Positions 47,856-56,643 of a stretch of 56,643 bases of DNA are shown in pieces (position 1 is the first letter of the stretch; every line of letters starts with the position of its first letter). The notes under the pieces were generated by a model. The model saw only the letters and a list, made by a program, of their open reading frames with translations. It ran no database searches and was not told where the DNA came from. Made by a program: the position numbers and the translations under genes. The DNA is from Bacteroidetes bacterium MED-G20 (GTDB lineage Bacteria > Bacteroidota > Bacteroidia > Flavobacteriales_D > Parvicellaceae), in the NCBI GenBank assembly GCA_002457645.1, contig NTKH01000001.1:1-56643 (forward strand). Direction: 5' to 3'.

Positions 47856-49325
47856 ATGAAAAATTACTTTAATTCGTTATCCATAAGAGCACAACAAGTA
47901 GAATTAGGTAAGTGTAGGTTTATGGACAAGTCGGAATTTATTAATGGCACCAAAATCTTATTGGATAAAAAAATTGTCATTGTTGGCTGTGGTGCACAAG
48001 GGCTTAATCAGGGTCTTAATATGAGAGATTCAGGACTTAATATTTCATATGCATTAAGAATATCTGCAATTCAAGAAGAAAGAACATCTTACCAGAACGC
48101 AACTAAAAATAATTTTTTAGTTGGTGATTATAACGAAATGATTCCTAATGCAGATTTAGTAATCAATCTTACACCAGATAAAAACCATTCCTCAGTGGTT
48201 AAGAGTGTTATCCCTTTGATGAAAAAAAATGCTGTTTTCTCTTATTCACACGGATTTAATATTGTTGAGGAAGGGATGGAAATAAGAAAGGATATAACTG
48301 TTATTATGGTGGCTCCTAAGTGTCCTGGTACCGAAGTTAGAGAAGAGTTTAAAAGGGGTTTTGGTGTTCCTACTTTAATTGCTGTACATTCCAAAAATGA
48401 CCCATTTTCAAAAGGTTTAGATTATGCAAAAGCTTATGCTGTTGCTACTGGAGGAGATAAAGCTGGGGTATTAGAATCTTCTTTCATTGCAGAAGTTAAG
48501 TCAGATTTAATGGGAGAACAAACAATTCTTTGTGGAGTTTTACAAACTGGGTCTATTTTATGCTTTAATAAAATGATTGAGCTAGGTATTGGTAATTCTT
48601 ATGCATCTAAACTTATTCAATATGGCTGGGAAACTATTACTGAAGCCCTTAAACATGGTGGCATAACTAATATGATGGATAGGCTTTCAAATCCTGCAAA
48701 AATAGAAGCACATCACCTTGCTCAAGAGCTTAAAATCATTATGAGGCCTTTATTTCATAAGCATATGGACGAGATCCTATCAGGAGATTTTTCTAAAACC
48801 ATGATGAAAGACTGGGAAAATGAAGATGAAAACTTATTGAAGTGGAGAGCAGAAACTTCTGAAACTGCATTTGAAAAATCAACTGCAACTTCAAAAGAAA
48901 TAAGTGAACAAGAATACTTTGATCATGGGCTATTATTGGTTTCTTTTGTGAAAGCAGGAGTTGAACTAGCATTTGAAACTATGACAGATGCAGGGATTAA
49001 AGATGCTTCTGCTTATTACGAATCACTGCACGAAACTCCACTTATTGCAAATACTATAGCAAGAAAAAAGCTATTTGAAATGAACAGAATTATTTCAGAT
49101 ACAGCTGAATATGGGTGTTATCTATTTGATCACGCCTGTAAACCATTACTAACGAAATTTTTTAAGAAAATAACTTCTAGACATATTGGAAATTCTTACA
49201 ATTTTTCTTCTGTAATAAACAATCAAGAACTTATTAAAATTAATGAATCCATTAGAACACATCCTGTAGAAATCATCGGAAAAGAATTGAGAAATTCTAT
49301 GACTAATATGAAAAGAATTATTTAG
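47856..49325 (+). CDS. ilvC: ketol-acid reductoisomerase, long (class II-length) form
   Basis: 489 aa with Rossmann motif GCGAQG and a duplicated knotted C-terminal domain, judged from length (E. coli-like size). Confidence 0.95.
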   Translation: MKNYFNSLSIRAQQVELGKCRFMDKSEFINGTKILLDKKIVIVGCGAQGLNQGLNMRDSGLNISYALRISAIQEERTSYQNATKNNFLVGDYNEMIPNADLVINLTPDKNHSSVVKSVIPLMKKNAVFSYSHGFNIVEEGMEIRKDITVIMVAPKCPGTEVREEFKRGFGVPTLIAVHSKNDPFSKGLDYAKAYAVATGGDKAGVLESSFIAEVKSDLMGEQTILCGVLQTGSILCFNKMIELGIGNSYASKLIQYGWETITEALKHGGITNMMDRLSNPAKIEAHHLAQELKIIMRPLFHKHMDEILSGDFSKTMMKDWENEDENLLKWRAETSETAFEKSTATSKEISEQEYFDHGLLLVSFVKAGVELAFETMTDAGIKDASAYYESLHETPLIANTIARKKLFEMNRIISDTAEYGCYLFDHACKPLLTKFFKKITSRHIGNSYNFSSVINNQELIKINESIRTHPVEIIGKELRNSMTNMKRII

Positions 49326-50578
49326 TGGGAAATCAATTAATTGATATTAATAATATCAAAATTGCAAGTAATCTACTAAATACTATTGTAAAAAAAACAC
49401 CTCTCCAATTTAATGGCAGACTAAGTGATTCTAATAACTGTTCTGTATGGTTAAAAAGAGAGGATTTACAAGAAGTTAGATCGTTTAAAATCAGAGGCGC
49501 TTTTAATAAAATATATTCTTTAAAAAATACTGAAAGAAAAAAGGGCGTTGTATGCTCAAGTGCTGGAAATCATGCACAAGGTTTTGCCAAGTCTTGCATG
49601 GAACTGAAGATAAAAGGTACCGTATTTATGCCCACAATTACCCCTAAGCAAAAAATTGAACAGGTCAAAATGTTTGGTGGAGATTACATAAAGATTGTTC
49701 TAGAAGGGGATACCTATGACGATACTTATATTTCAGCCAAAAAATTCTGTGATTTTAATAAAATGGAATTCATTCATCCATTCGACGATGTCTCTGTTAT
49801 TGAAGGTCAGGCAACACTAGCATTAGAAATATTATCACAAAAAAAACAACCAATTGACTACATAATAGTTCCCATCGGGGGGGGCGGATTAATTTCAGGA
49901 ATTTTAAGTGTTTTTAAGGAACTTTCACCCAAAACTAAAATAATAGGAGTTGAACCAAAAGGTGCTCCCTCGATGAAAGAATCACTAGAAAAAGGTAAGA
50001 TTGAAGTTCTTAAAAAAATAGATCCATTTGTAGATGGTGCGGCCGTTAAAAAAGTTGGGGAAATTGCCTTCAAAATTTGTCAAAAATATCTTGATGAGAT
50101 TTTATTAGTTCCAGAAGGCAAAATTTGTCAAACTATTCTCGAGATGTATAATAAAGATGCCATTGTAGTAGAGCCTGCCGGAGCCCTTAGTATCTCGGGC
50201 TTAGAACTCTATAAAGAAAAGTTCAAAAATAAAAATATTGTATGCTTATTGTGTGGAAGCAATAATGATATATCTAGAATGTCTGAGATCAAAGAAAAAG
50301 CATTGCTTTACAGTAATTTAAAACATTATTTTTTGATTAAACTTCCTCAAAGGGCTGGAGCTTTGAAAGAATTTGTTTCAGAAATATTAGGCCCAAATGA
50401 CGATATTACTCATTTCGAATACACTAAAAAAAATTTCAAAGAGAAAGGAGTTGCTGTAGTCGGAATTGAATGTGTTGATGAAAAGGATTTGGAGAATTTA
50501 CTAAAAAAAATGAAAATTCATGGTTTTTATAGTAGCTATTTAAATGATAAAGATGATATCAGACAAATGATCATTTAA
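49325..50578 (+). CDS. ilvA: threonine ammonia-lyase (biosynthetic, single regulatory domain)
   Basis: 417 aa with the PLP-lysine motif SFKIRGA, a GGGGL loop and a C-terminal ACT-like domain. Apparent GTG start sharing one base with the ilvC stop. Confidence 0.9.
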   Translation: MGNQLIDINNIKIASNLLNTIVKKTPLQFNGRLSDSNNCSVWLKREDLQEVRSFKIRGAFNKIYSLKNTERKKGVVCSSAGNHAQGFAKSCMELKIKGTVFMPTITPKQKIEQVKMFGGDYIKIVLEGDTYDDTYISAKKFCDFNKMEFIHPFDDVSVIEGQATLALEILSQKKQPIDYIIVPIGGGGLISGILSVFKELSPKTKIIGVEPKGAPSMKESLEKGKIEVLKKIDPFVDGAAVKKVGEIAFKICQKYLDEILLVPEGKICQTILEMYNKDAIVVEPAGALSISGLELYKEKFKNKNIVCLLCGSNNDISRMSEIKEKALLYSNLKHYFLIKLPQRAGALKEFVSEILGPNDDITHFEYTKKNFKEKGVAVVGIECVDEKDLENLLKKMKIHGFYSSYLNDKDDIRQMII

Positions 50579-50643
50579 CTGCCAACTAAGTTCTTCAACT
50601 TTTTGTTTTTCTTAAAACGAATATTACCTACAAACAATTTATT

Positions 50644-50691
50644 ATATACAATGTGATTTATTTTATAATTTTTTTTAATCACATTATATAT
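50644..50691. promoter_or_regulatory. 15-bp imperfect inverted repeat (14/15) with an 18-nt T-rich spacer, between ilvA and aspartate kinase
   Basis: atatacaatgtgatt (50644..50658) and aatcacattatatat (50677..50691), read directly. It could be an operator or an AT-rich terminator hairpin. Confidence 0.4.
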
Positions 50692-50720
50692 TAGCTTTAA
50701 TATATTATTAATAGTATAAA

Positions 50721-51986
50721 TTGATAAAAATATTCAAATTTGGTGGAGCATCAGTAAAAAATTCTGATGCAATAATAAATCTCAAAGAAATAGTGTCCTC
50801 AAATAAAGAGGGCTTATCTGTAATTATTGTTTCTGCAATAGATAAAACAACTAACCAATTAGAAAATGTTTGGAAGAATTATACTGTCGGTAATATAAAC
50901 ACTGCTATTAAAAAAACAAATAATTGTATTGATTTTCATAATGAAATAATAAATAGCCTCTCTCTTAATGAAGATGAGGAGTTTTTGAAAATATTTGACT
51001 CTTTTAGCAATGAGCTTAAAGAGTTTTTAGAAAATGATTTTAAAGATGATAATAACTTAAGTTATTCTAAAATTGTTTCTTATGGAGAACTTTGGTCAAC
51101 AAGTATTATTTCTGCCTATTTGAATGGTCAAAGTCTATCAAATAAATGGGTTGATGCTAGAAGAATAATAAAAACTAATAATAACTATATTGAATCAAAA
51201 GTAGATTGGCTAAAGACAAGTGAGCTTGTAAATCAAACTATTAATACAAAAAAACTACATGTAAGTCAGGGGTTTATTGGTTCTAATTCTGATGGGCTTA
51301 CCACTACGTTAGGTAGAGAGGGTAGTGATTTTACAGCTTCAATTTTAGCGTCTTGTTTAAGTGTCCATGAGTTGGTAATTTGGAAAGATGTAGATGGGCT
51401 TTTAAATGCAGATCCAAAATGGTTTAACAATACAAAAATTCTTAAAAATATTTCATACAAGGAAGCCATTGAACTTTCTTATTTAGGTGCTTCGGTAATT
51501 CATCCTAACACCGTAAAGCCTCTTCAAAATAAAAATATTAACCTTCGATTAAAATCTTTTCTAGCCCCATCTAATATGGGTAGTTTAATAAGTGAGAATG
51601 GTTTAAATGATAGAGAAGTCCCTTCAATAATATATAAACCAGATCAATTTCTATTATCTATCACTACAAAAGATTATTCATTTATTTTTGAAGAACATAT
51701 CAGCGAAATTTTTTCAATCTTTTACTCTTCAGGCTATCGAGTTCACCTTATGCAAAACTCGGCTTTAAGTTTTTCAGTTTGTGGGATAATTAGTCCATTT
51801 AAATTAACTGGCCTAATATCTGATCTGCAAAAAAATTATAAAGTAAAATATAATGAAAAGGTAGATCTTCTAACCATAAGGCATTATGACAGTCTAGATG
51901 TTCCAGAATTTTTAAAATCTAAACAGGTTTTAATTCAGCAAAGAAGCAGAGCAACTATTAGATTTGTTCTTAAAAATAAATCATAA
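50721..51986 (+). CDS. lysC: aspartate kinase (monofunctional, with C-terminal ACT-like domains)
   Basis: 421 aa with KFGGASV, TLGREGSDFTA and SYKEAIELSYLGASVIHP. Apparent TTG start. Confidence 0.9.
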   Translation: MIKIFKFGGASVKNSDAIINLKEIVSSNKEGLSVIIVSAIDKTTNQLENVWKNYTVGNINTAIKKTNNCIDFHNEIINSLSLNEDEEFLKIFDSFSNELKEFLENDFKDDNNLSYSKIVSYGELWSTSIISAYLNGQSLSNKWVDARRIIKTNNNYIESKVDWLKTSELVNQTINTKKLHVSQGFIGSNSDGLTTTLGREGSDFTASILASCLSVHELVIWKDVDGLLNADPKWFNNTKILKNISYKEAIELSYLGASVIHPNTVKPLQNKNINLRLKSFLAPSNMGSLISENGLNDREVPSIIYKPDQFLLSITTKDYSFIFEEHISEIFSIFYSSGYRVHLMQNSALSFSVCGIISPFKLTGLISDLQKNYKVKYNEKVDLLTIRHYDSLDVPEFLKSKQVLIQQRSRATIRFVLKNKS

Positions 51987-52016
51987 AAAAAGCCCCAATT
52001 GGGGCTTTTATATTTT
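51985..52016. terminator. bidirectional rho-independent terminator between convergent genes
   Basis: A7, then AGCCCC, AATT loop, GGGGCT, then TTTTATATTTTT. The GC-rich stem has U-runs on both strands. Confidence 0.75.
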
Positions 52017-52034
52017 TAAAAATACCAATAAATT

Positions 52035-53465
52035 TTAATTGACATCCCAAAATACTTTATTGAACCCATCATCAGCAACTCCACCATTAGCTTGAGAAAC
52101 ATTTGGACCATTAGTTTGAGTTTCATCCACACTGTAGATGTATCTCGTAGGTGGTGTAGTTCCAGCTGCTGCCGCGTTACTCATAGTTGGATGATCATAC
52201 ATTTTCCATGTACACCATGCTTCAATTCCTTGATCAAACATGGCAATCCACTTCTGGGTTCCTATTCTCTGATCAGCCATTGATGCATCCCAAGCTACGT
52301 CTGGTTCTAATAGGTAAGCAACTGCTGCAGCTTGATCTCCTCCCCACTGTAGTATTGAAGCAGTAACACCATTTCCATAATGAGTAGCTGCGTCACCACC
52401 TACATTCCAACCTCTATTGGCAGCATCTGCTAAGTGAAAGCATACTTCAGCATAAGAAAGCAAAATTCCAGGATGTGTTGGATCTTCTAACATGTTACCT
52501 GGCTGAGAATGATCTGGATAGGCTCCACCTGCCCCATGAGGATTACCAATAATTGAACCTGTTGAATCTAGGTTTCTAAAAAACATGGCTCTTCTTGGAT
52601 CATTAGTATTGTTCATAACATCTCCTAATGTCCTTGAAGCAACAAAATCAGTTCTTCCACTCTGTACTAAATCTTCCCACAAAGGATTGGTATTTGGTGT
52701 AGAAGATTGATACATTATGTATGCATGATCGGCATTAGAAGCAAAAACACCGGATGCAGCTGCTTCAACCATGGCTTGACTTCCACTACCAGCAACATCT
52801 GCCATTCTCATTCCCATTCTTAATTTAAGAGAGTTAGCTAGCATTGTCCAATGAGAAGTGCTCCCTGCATAAATTAGATCTGACCCAGCAAAATCTCCCA
52901 TATCTGTATTTGTGTTTAGTGTTGTAATTGCAGCATTCAATTTAGTAGCTAAATCTAAATAAATTGTCTGCGCATCGTCATAGGCAGGTGTTAAATTAGC
53001 TACTCCACCAATTGCTTCCGTATAAGGAACATCATTAAATATGTCCACTAATATAGAGTAGGCAAAAACTTCTATTACATCTAAAACAGCTGATTGAGTA
53101 TTTTTTATCTCATCAGAATTTGTACTTGCATTTACTTGTGCTCTAGATTCGCTGACGTCTCTCAGCACTCTAGCATAAATTCTGTCAAATACCTCACCAT
53201 TAATATTTCTTTCGGTTAGTTGGTAATTAGACTCATCTGTATAAGTTGTCTGAGTCCAATGTTGTGACCACAACCTAAACGTATTTACATTAACGTTACA
53301 ACTAGACAAATAGTCCATCAACTCAACCGTTGCATTAGCAAATAATGCATTAGCTGGAACTGATGTTGGTGCCTTATCATTTTCATTAAATTTTTCAATG
53401 TCTTTTGTACAACTTAACGATAAAAATAAGAGTGATACTAAGCTATATTTTATAATTGTTTTCAT
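52035..53465 (-). CDS. SusD/RagB-family nutrient-binding outer-membrane lipoprotein
   Basis: 476 aa with lipobox LSLSC, directly downstream of the SusC-like gene. It is helical and TPR-like, with the characteristic W/Y-rich C-terminus. Confidence 0.9.
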   Translation of the reverse strand: MKTIIKYSLVSLLFLSLSCTKDIEKFNENDKAPTSVPANALFANATVELMDYLSSCNVNVNTFRLWSQHWTQTTYTDESNYQLTERNINGEVFDRIYARVLRDVSESRAQVNASTNSDEIKNTQSAVLDVIEVFAYSILVDIFNDVPYTEAIGGVANLTPAYDDAQTIYLDLATKLNAAITTLNTNTDMGDFAGSDLIYAGSTSHWTMLANSLKLRMGMRMADVAGSGSQAMVEAAASGVFASNADHAYIMYQSSTPNTNPLWEDLVQSGRTDFVASRTLGDVMNNTNDPRRAMFFRNLDSTGSIIGNPHGAGGAYPDHSQPGNMLEDPTHPGILLSYAEVCFHLADAANRGWNVGGDAATHYGNGVTASILQWGGDQAAAVAYLLEPDVAWDASMADQRIGTQKWIAMFDQGIEAWCTWKMYDHPTMSNAAAAGTTPPTRYIYSVDETQTNGPNVSQANGGVADDGFNKVFWDVN

Positions 53466-53469
53466 TTTC

Positions 53470-56400
53470 TTAAAATTTTAAATTTAGATTAAATCCGATT
53501 TGTCTTACAGCAGGGTAAGCTCCGGATTGATTTCCTTGAATATTTCCAGCACTCAAACCAGCTTCTGGGTCGGTATGAGGTGATTTTTTAAATAAGATAG
53601 CTAAATTTCTTCCCATTAACCCCACATCGAGACCCTGTATACCTTTTGGTAATTTGTCTTTAGGAAGTGAATAAGAAAGAGAAACCTGTCTTAATTTAAT
53701 ATAAGTCGCATCATAAACATGCATGGCGTTTGGAGCGTGTCTCCAAGCTACAGCATTGTTGTAATGTCCCATGTAGCCATTAACTGTATTCGCTTGAGTT
53801 GAAGCAGAAGTATTTATGCTGCCATCATCATTATAAACTGCAGTTACACCTGTAATTTCAATACCTCCACCATCTGCTATTGGGTCTCTTACAGGGTTAC
53901 CATCTTCATTAGTTCCAGCGGTTAGATCATAAACACCAGTACCATATCCATACCAAGTATCTAATGAAAAGAAACTACCTCCCCACTGCATATCTACGAG
54001 AGCACTCATGGTTAGGTTTTTATAAGTGAAGGTGTTTGTAAGGCCACCTGTCCAGTCTGGAAGAATATTTCCTACTACTTCTGGAAGGGCTGTTTTAGCA
54101 TAGCCGACACCGTAAGGAAATTCATCATATACACCATCTCCATCGTTGTCATTAGCTCCATAATCTCCATGTGGGACAACTATTTTGTCTCCATCGTCAT
54201 TATATACATAATTTGTTCCTTTTATAGCTCCATAGGATTCTCCTACAGTTGCATTAACTGTAATTCCACCTTGTACAGATGCAAGAACATAATTATCAAC
54301 ACCATCTCTTAGAGACTTAACTTCATTAATATTTCGAGCCCAATTTAATCTTGCATTCCATGTGAAATCTCCTGATTTCACAATATCAGCATAAGCTTGA
54401 ATTTCAATTCCTCTGTTGTTGATACTTCCAGCATTAACATACTGGAAATAAGTACCTGAAGCAGAAGAAGATCTGATAGCCAATATTTGGTTATCAGTAG
54501 TTGCGTCATAGAATGTTAAATCTAAACCAAGTTTGTTATTAAAAAACTTATTTTCAAGCCCTAATTCAAGACTTGTTGTATTCTCGGGGCTCAAATTACT
54601 ATTTAATCCTGTATTTGGAGCACTTGCTATCGTGGTCCCTGCAAATGGAGTTCCGATTGAATACACATTTTGTAAACTTTGCATCGGAGCATCATTACCC
54701 ACTTGAGCATAATTTAATCTAAGTTTTCCATAATCCCATCCACTTATCTCAGCTAATTCTGTCCAAATTAAACTTGCTGTAGCAGCAGGATAGAAAAATG
54801 AATTATTATCAGAAGGTAAAGTAGAACTGATATCATATCTTCCAGATAAATCTAAATATAAAAATCTATCATATCCTAATGTAGCTCTTCCTAAATATCC
54901 GTCTACTGCTCTTTGTCCATCAAATTCAGAGGCAGCTTCAGGTGTATTAACACTATTACTAAACGAATAAACACCAGGTACCACTAATCCTCCATTTGTT
55001 GATCCGTCAGTTACCACTTCAGATGATCTTCTTATATTGGTTCCAACCATTCCAAAAAGATTTAATTTCTCACTTAAGTCTTTGTCGAAGTTTAAAAATA
55101 AATCATAATTTCTTTCGTAATAAGATTTTGTATATTTTCTGTAAGATGGAACATCAACAGATTGGAATCCAATTCGTTCTTCTCTTAACTCAGAAAAATT
55201 GTCATTAGTAATTCTTCCCATTACATTAAAAACATCATTGATTTCGTAATTTAAAACTACATTTCCAATAAATCGATCTCTTGAGTCTGTTGAAAAATTC
55301 TGATTTCTCATATAATATGGATTGTCAAAGTAATGCGGCTTATCTCTTTTGTTAGGGTCGCTAGAGTAAGCAAATCCGTAAGCATTCCAAGAAAGATTGT
55401 TATTATTAAGTTCATAAGCTTCCTTTTGCGCTTGCATATCTACACTCACATCATACCACTGTCTAAAGCACTGGTTGACATTTCTATTATCATATCCCGT
55501 ACCAAATCTGCCCATACCTTCATTTCTTACATATTGCATGGAAGAGCTAAACTTCAACTTATCACTTATGTCATAACTAACATTTAACGAAGCATTATTT
55601 CTTCTTAAATTACTGTTGGGTAAAATTCCTTTATTAAACATATCAGTAACAGAAAATCTATAACTACCATTATCGCTAGAACCATCTATAGCTACAGAGT
55701 TTGTAGTCATGACAGATGTTTCGTAGAATGTAGTTGGGTCATTTGCAGAAGCTTGATATGGCTGAGCCTGTAGATAAGTTGGCAGTTCAGGGTGAACTGA
55801 TTCCCAAGTTAAGAGATTGTCAATTTGATCAAATGCTAATCCATATGAAGCATCATCTCCCATAGGTGTAGCAAGTGCATCAGCAACTCCATCACCATCT
55901 AGATCAATTTCTTCTACATAACCATTTACAATTGCGCCATTAAATGCAGTATCAGGACCATAATATTGACCATATCCTGCTCCGTATTCGTTCTGATAAG
56001 TAGGCATGGTGTTTTTGTTAATCATACCAATAGTTGTATTATGAGAAACCGAAACCCCTATACCTTTCTTTTTTGAGCCTTTTTTTGTTGTAATTAAAAC
56101 TACCCCATTTGCTGCTCTTGCCCCATACAAAGCCGAAGCTGCAGCCCCTTTCAAAACAGAAACATTTTCAATGTCTTGAGGATTAATATCCATAGCAGCA
56201 TTTCCATAGTCAAATCCTCCTCTACCTGTCTGCTGATTAGAGGTATTAGTTATATCGTTACTAATTGGAATCCCGTCAACTACAAATAATGGTTGATTAT
56301 TCCCTGATATTGAAGTATATCCTCTAATGATAACATTAGCAGATCCCCCCATAGTCCCACTATTTTTGATTTGAGCACCTGCAACTTGTCCAGAAAGTGT

Positions 56401-56643
56401 ACTCATAAAGTTAACATCTTTTTGTGCTGCTAAACTTTCTCCATCTACAGTTTGAGTCGAATATCCAATTGACTTTTTGTCTCTAGAGATACCTAGAGCT
56501 GTTACAACGACTTCGTCCATTACAATACCCTCAGACATCGTAACATTTAAAGAAGTTTTACCTTCAACTGCTATTTCTTGAGTTTTATATCCAACGAATG
56601 AAAAAACTAAGGTTCCATTAGCATCAGAATCTATAGAATACTT
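53470..56643 (-). CDS. SusC/RagA-family TonB-dependent receptor; the N-terminus lies beyond the right edge of the window
   Basis: The reading frame stays open upstream of the track's Met at 56538 to the window end (...GTLVFSFVGYKTQEIAVEGKTSLNVTMSEGIVMDEVVVTALG), i.e. a carboxypeptidase-regulatory-like domain and then the plug (IRGYTSISGNNQPLFVVDGIP). The C-terminus ends in LNLKF. Confidence 0.9.
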   Translation of the reverse strand, partial: KYSIDSDANGTLVFSFVGYKTQEIAVEGKTSLNVTMSEGIVMDEVVVTALGISRDKKSIGYSTQTVDGESLAAQKDVNFMSTLSGQVAGAQIKNSGTMGGSANVIIRGYTSISGNNQPLFVVDGIPISNDITNTSNQQTGRGGFDYGNAAMDINPQDIENVSVLKGAAASALYGARAANGVVLITTKKGSKKKGIGVSVSHNTTIGMINKNTMPTYQNEYGAGYGQYYGPDTAFNGAIVNGYVEEIDLDGDGVADALATPMGDDASYGLAFDQIDNLLTWESVHPELPTYLQAQPYQASANDPTTFYETSVMTTNSVAIDGSSDNGSYRFSVTDMFNKGILPNSNLRRNNASLNVSYDISDKLKFSSSMQYVRNEGMGRFGTGYDNRNVNQCFRQWYDVSVDMQAQKEAYELNNNNLSWNAYGFAYSSDPNKRDKPHYFDNPYYMRNQNFSTDSRDRFIGNVVLNYEINDVFNVMGRITNDNFSELREERIGFQSVDVPSYRKYTKSYYERNYDLFLNFDKDLSEKLNLFGMVGTNIRRSSEVVTDGSTNGGLVVPGVYSFSNSVNTPEAASEFDGQRAVDGYLGRATLGYDRFLYLDLSGRYDISSTLPSDNNSFFYPAATASLIWTELAEISGWDYGKLRLNYAQVGNDAPMQSLQNVYSIGTPFAGTTIASAPNTGLNSNLSPENTTSLELGLENKFFNNKLGLDLTFYDATTDNQILAIRSSSASGTYFQYVNAGSINNRGIEIQAYADIVKSGDFTWNARLNWARNINEVKSLRDGVDNYVLASVQGGITVNATVGESYGAIKGTNYVYNDDGDKIVVPHGDYGANDNDGDGVYDEFPYGVGYAKTALPEVVGNILPDWTGGLTNTFTYKNLTMSALVDMQWGGSFFSLDTWYGYGTGVYDLTAGTNEDGNPVRDPIADGGGIEITGVTAVYNDDGSINTSASTQANTVNGYMGHYNNAVAWRHAPNAMHVYDATYIKLRQVSLSYSLPKDKLPKGIQGLDVGLMGRNLAILFKKSPHTDPEAGLSAGNIQGNQSGAYPAVRQIGFNLNLKF

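Noticed and set aside
50579-50720. Lysine riboswitch (L-box) or leader-peptide attenuator in front of aspartate kinase
   Set aside because: The region is ~142 nt and nearly all A/T. It lacks the conserved G-rich helices of the L-box, and no short ORF rich in Lys/Thr/Ile codons is present. Only the palindrome reported above stands out.
1244-55587. About 30 short ORFs (60-110 aa) in the supplied track that lie antisense to, or in another frame of, long well-supported genes. Examples: 1244..1429, 5805..6041, 7423..7620, 10849..11055, 14010..14225, 16722..16934, 19029..19310, 23280..23462, 25670..25885, 27816..28061, 28149..28424, 29627..29872, 30765..30971, 33245..33577, 34033..34233, 35148..35342, 37092..37316, 37458..37688, 37847..38059, 41620..41829, 41717..41959, 44497..44679, 44510..44809, 46544..46768, 47021..47215, 49858..50073, 51266..51469, 52092..52283, 54996..55208, 55333..55587.
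   Set aside because: Each is fully nested in a longer ORF with clear family motifs. Their translations are low-complexity or shadow-frame-like, and none has its own plausible start context. I treat them as non-coding.

Overview
About 56.6 kb of very AT-rich, densely coding chromosome that looks like a streamlined Flavobacteriia (Bacteroidota) genome. Supporting signs are a SusC/SusD pair, T9SS C-terminal sorting domains on two secreted hydrolases, a PorW/SprE-like TPR lipoprotein and a TAnnTTTG-type promoter motif. I call 46 protein genes (two cut by the window edges), 2 tRNAs, 1 clear pseudogene and a few hairpins and repeats. The content is overwhelmingly housekeeping: rnr, lipB, lysS, mfd, the yceD-rpmF-plsX-fabH and accB-accC lipid genes, and an amt-asnB-ilvD-ilvB-ilvN-ilvC-ilvA string followed by aspartate kinase. 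I found no CRISPR array, integrase, transposase, phage genes or recognisable defence effectors. Five things are most worth a second look. (i) An MBOAT plus two SGNH genes sit between a WYL regulator and a LysM protein whose lytic-transglycosylase-like domain seems to have lost its catalytic Glu; this is a candidate peptidoglycan O-acetylation module. (ii) There is a decayed class I fructose-1,6-bisphosphatase remnant. (iii) An ammonium transporter lacks glnK but has an unknown 68-codon ORF ending 3 nt upstream. (iv) The SusC/SusD pair is sharply more GC-rich than the rest. (v) Two tRNA-plus-lipoprotein modules share a Cys-bracketed motif and lie near odd tandem repeats. I did not find convincing evidence for a wholly new multi-gene system, so these candidates are hypotheses. 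All homology statements come from reading motifs by eye, not from database searches.
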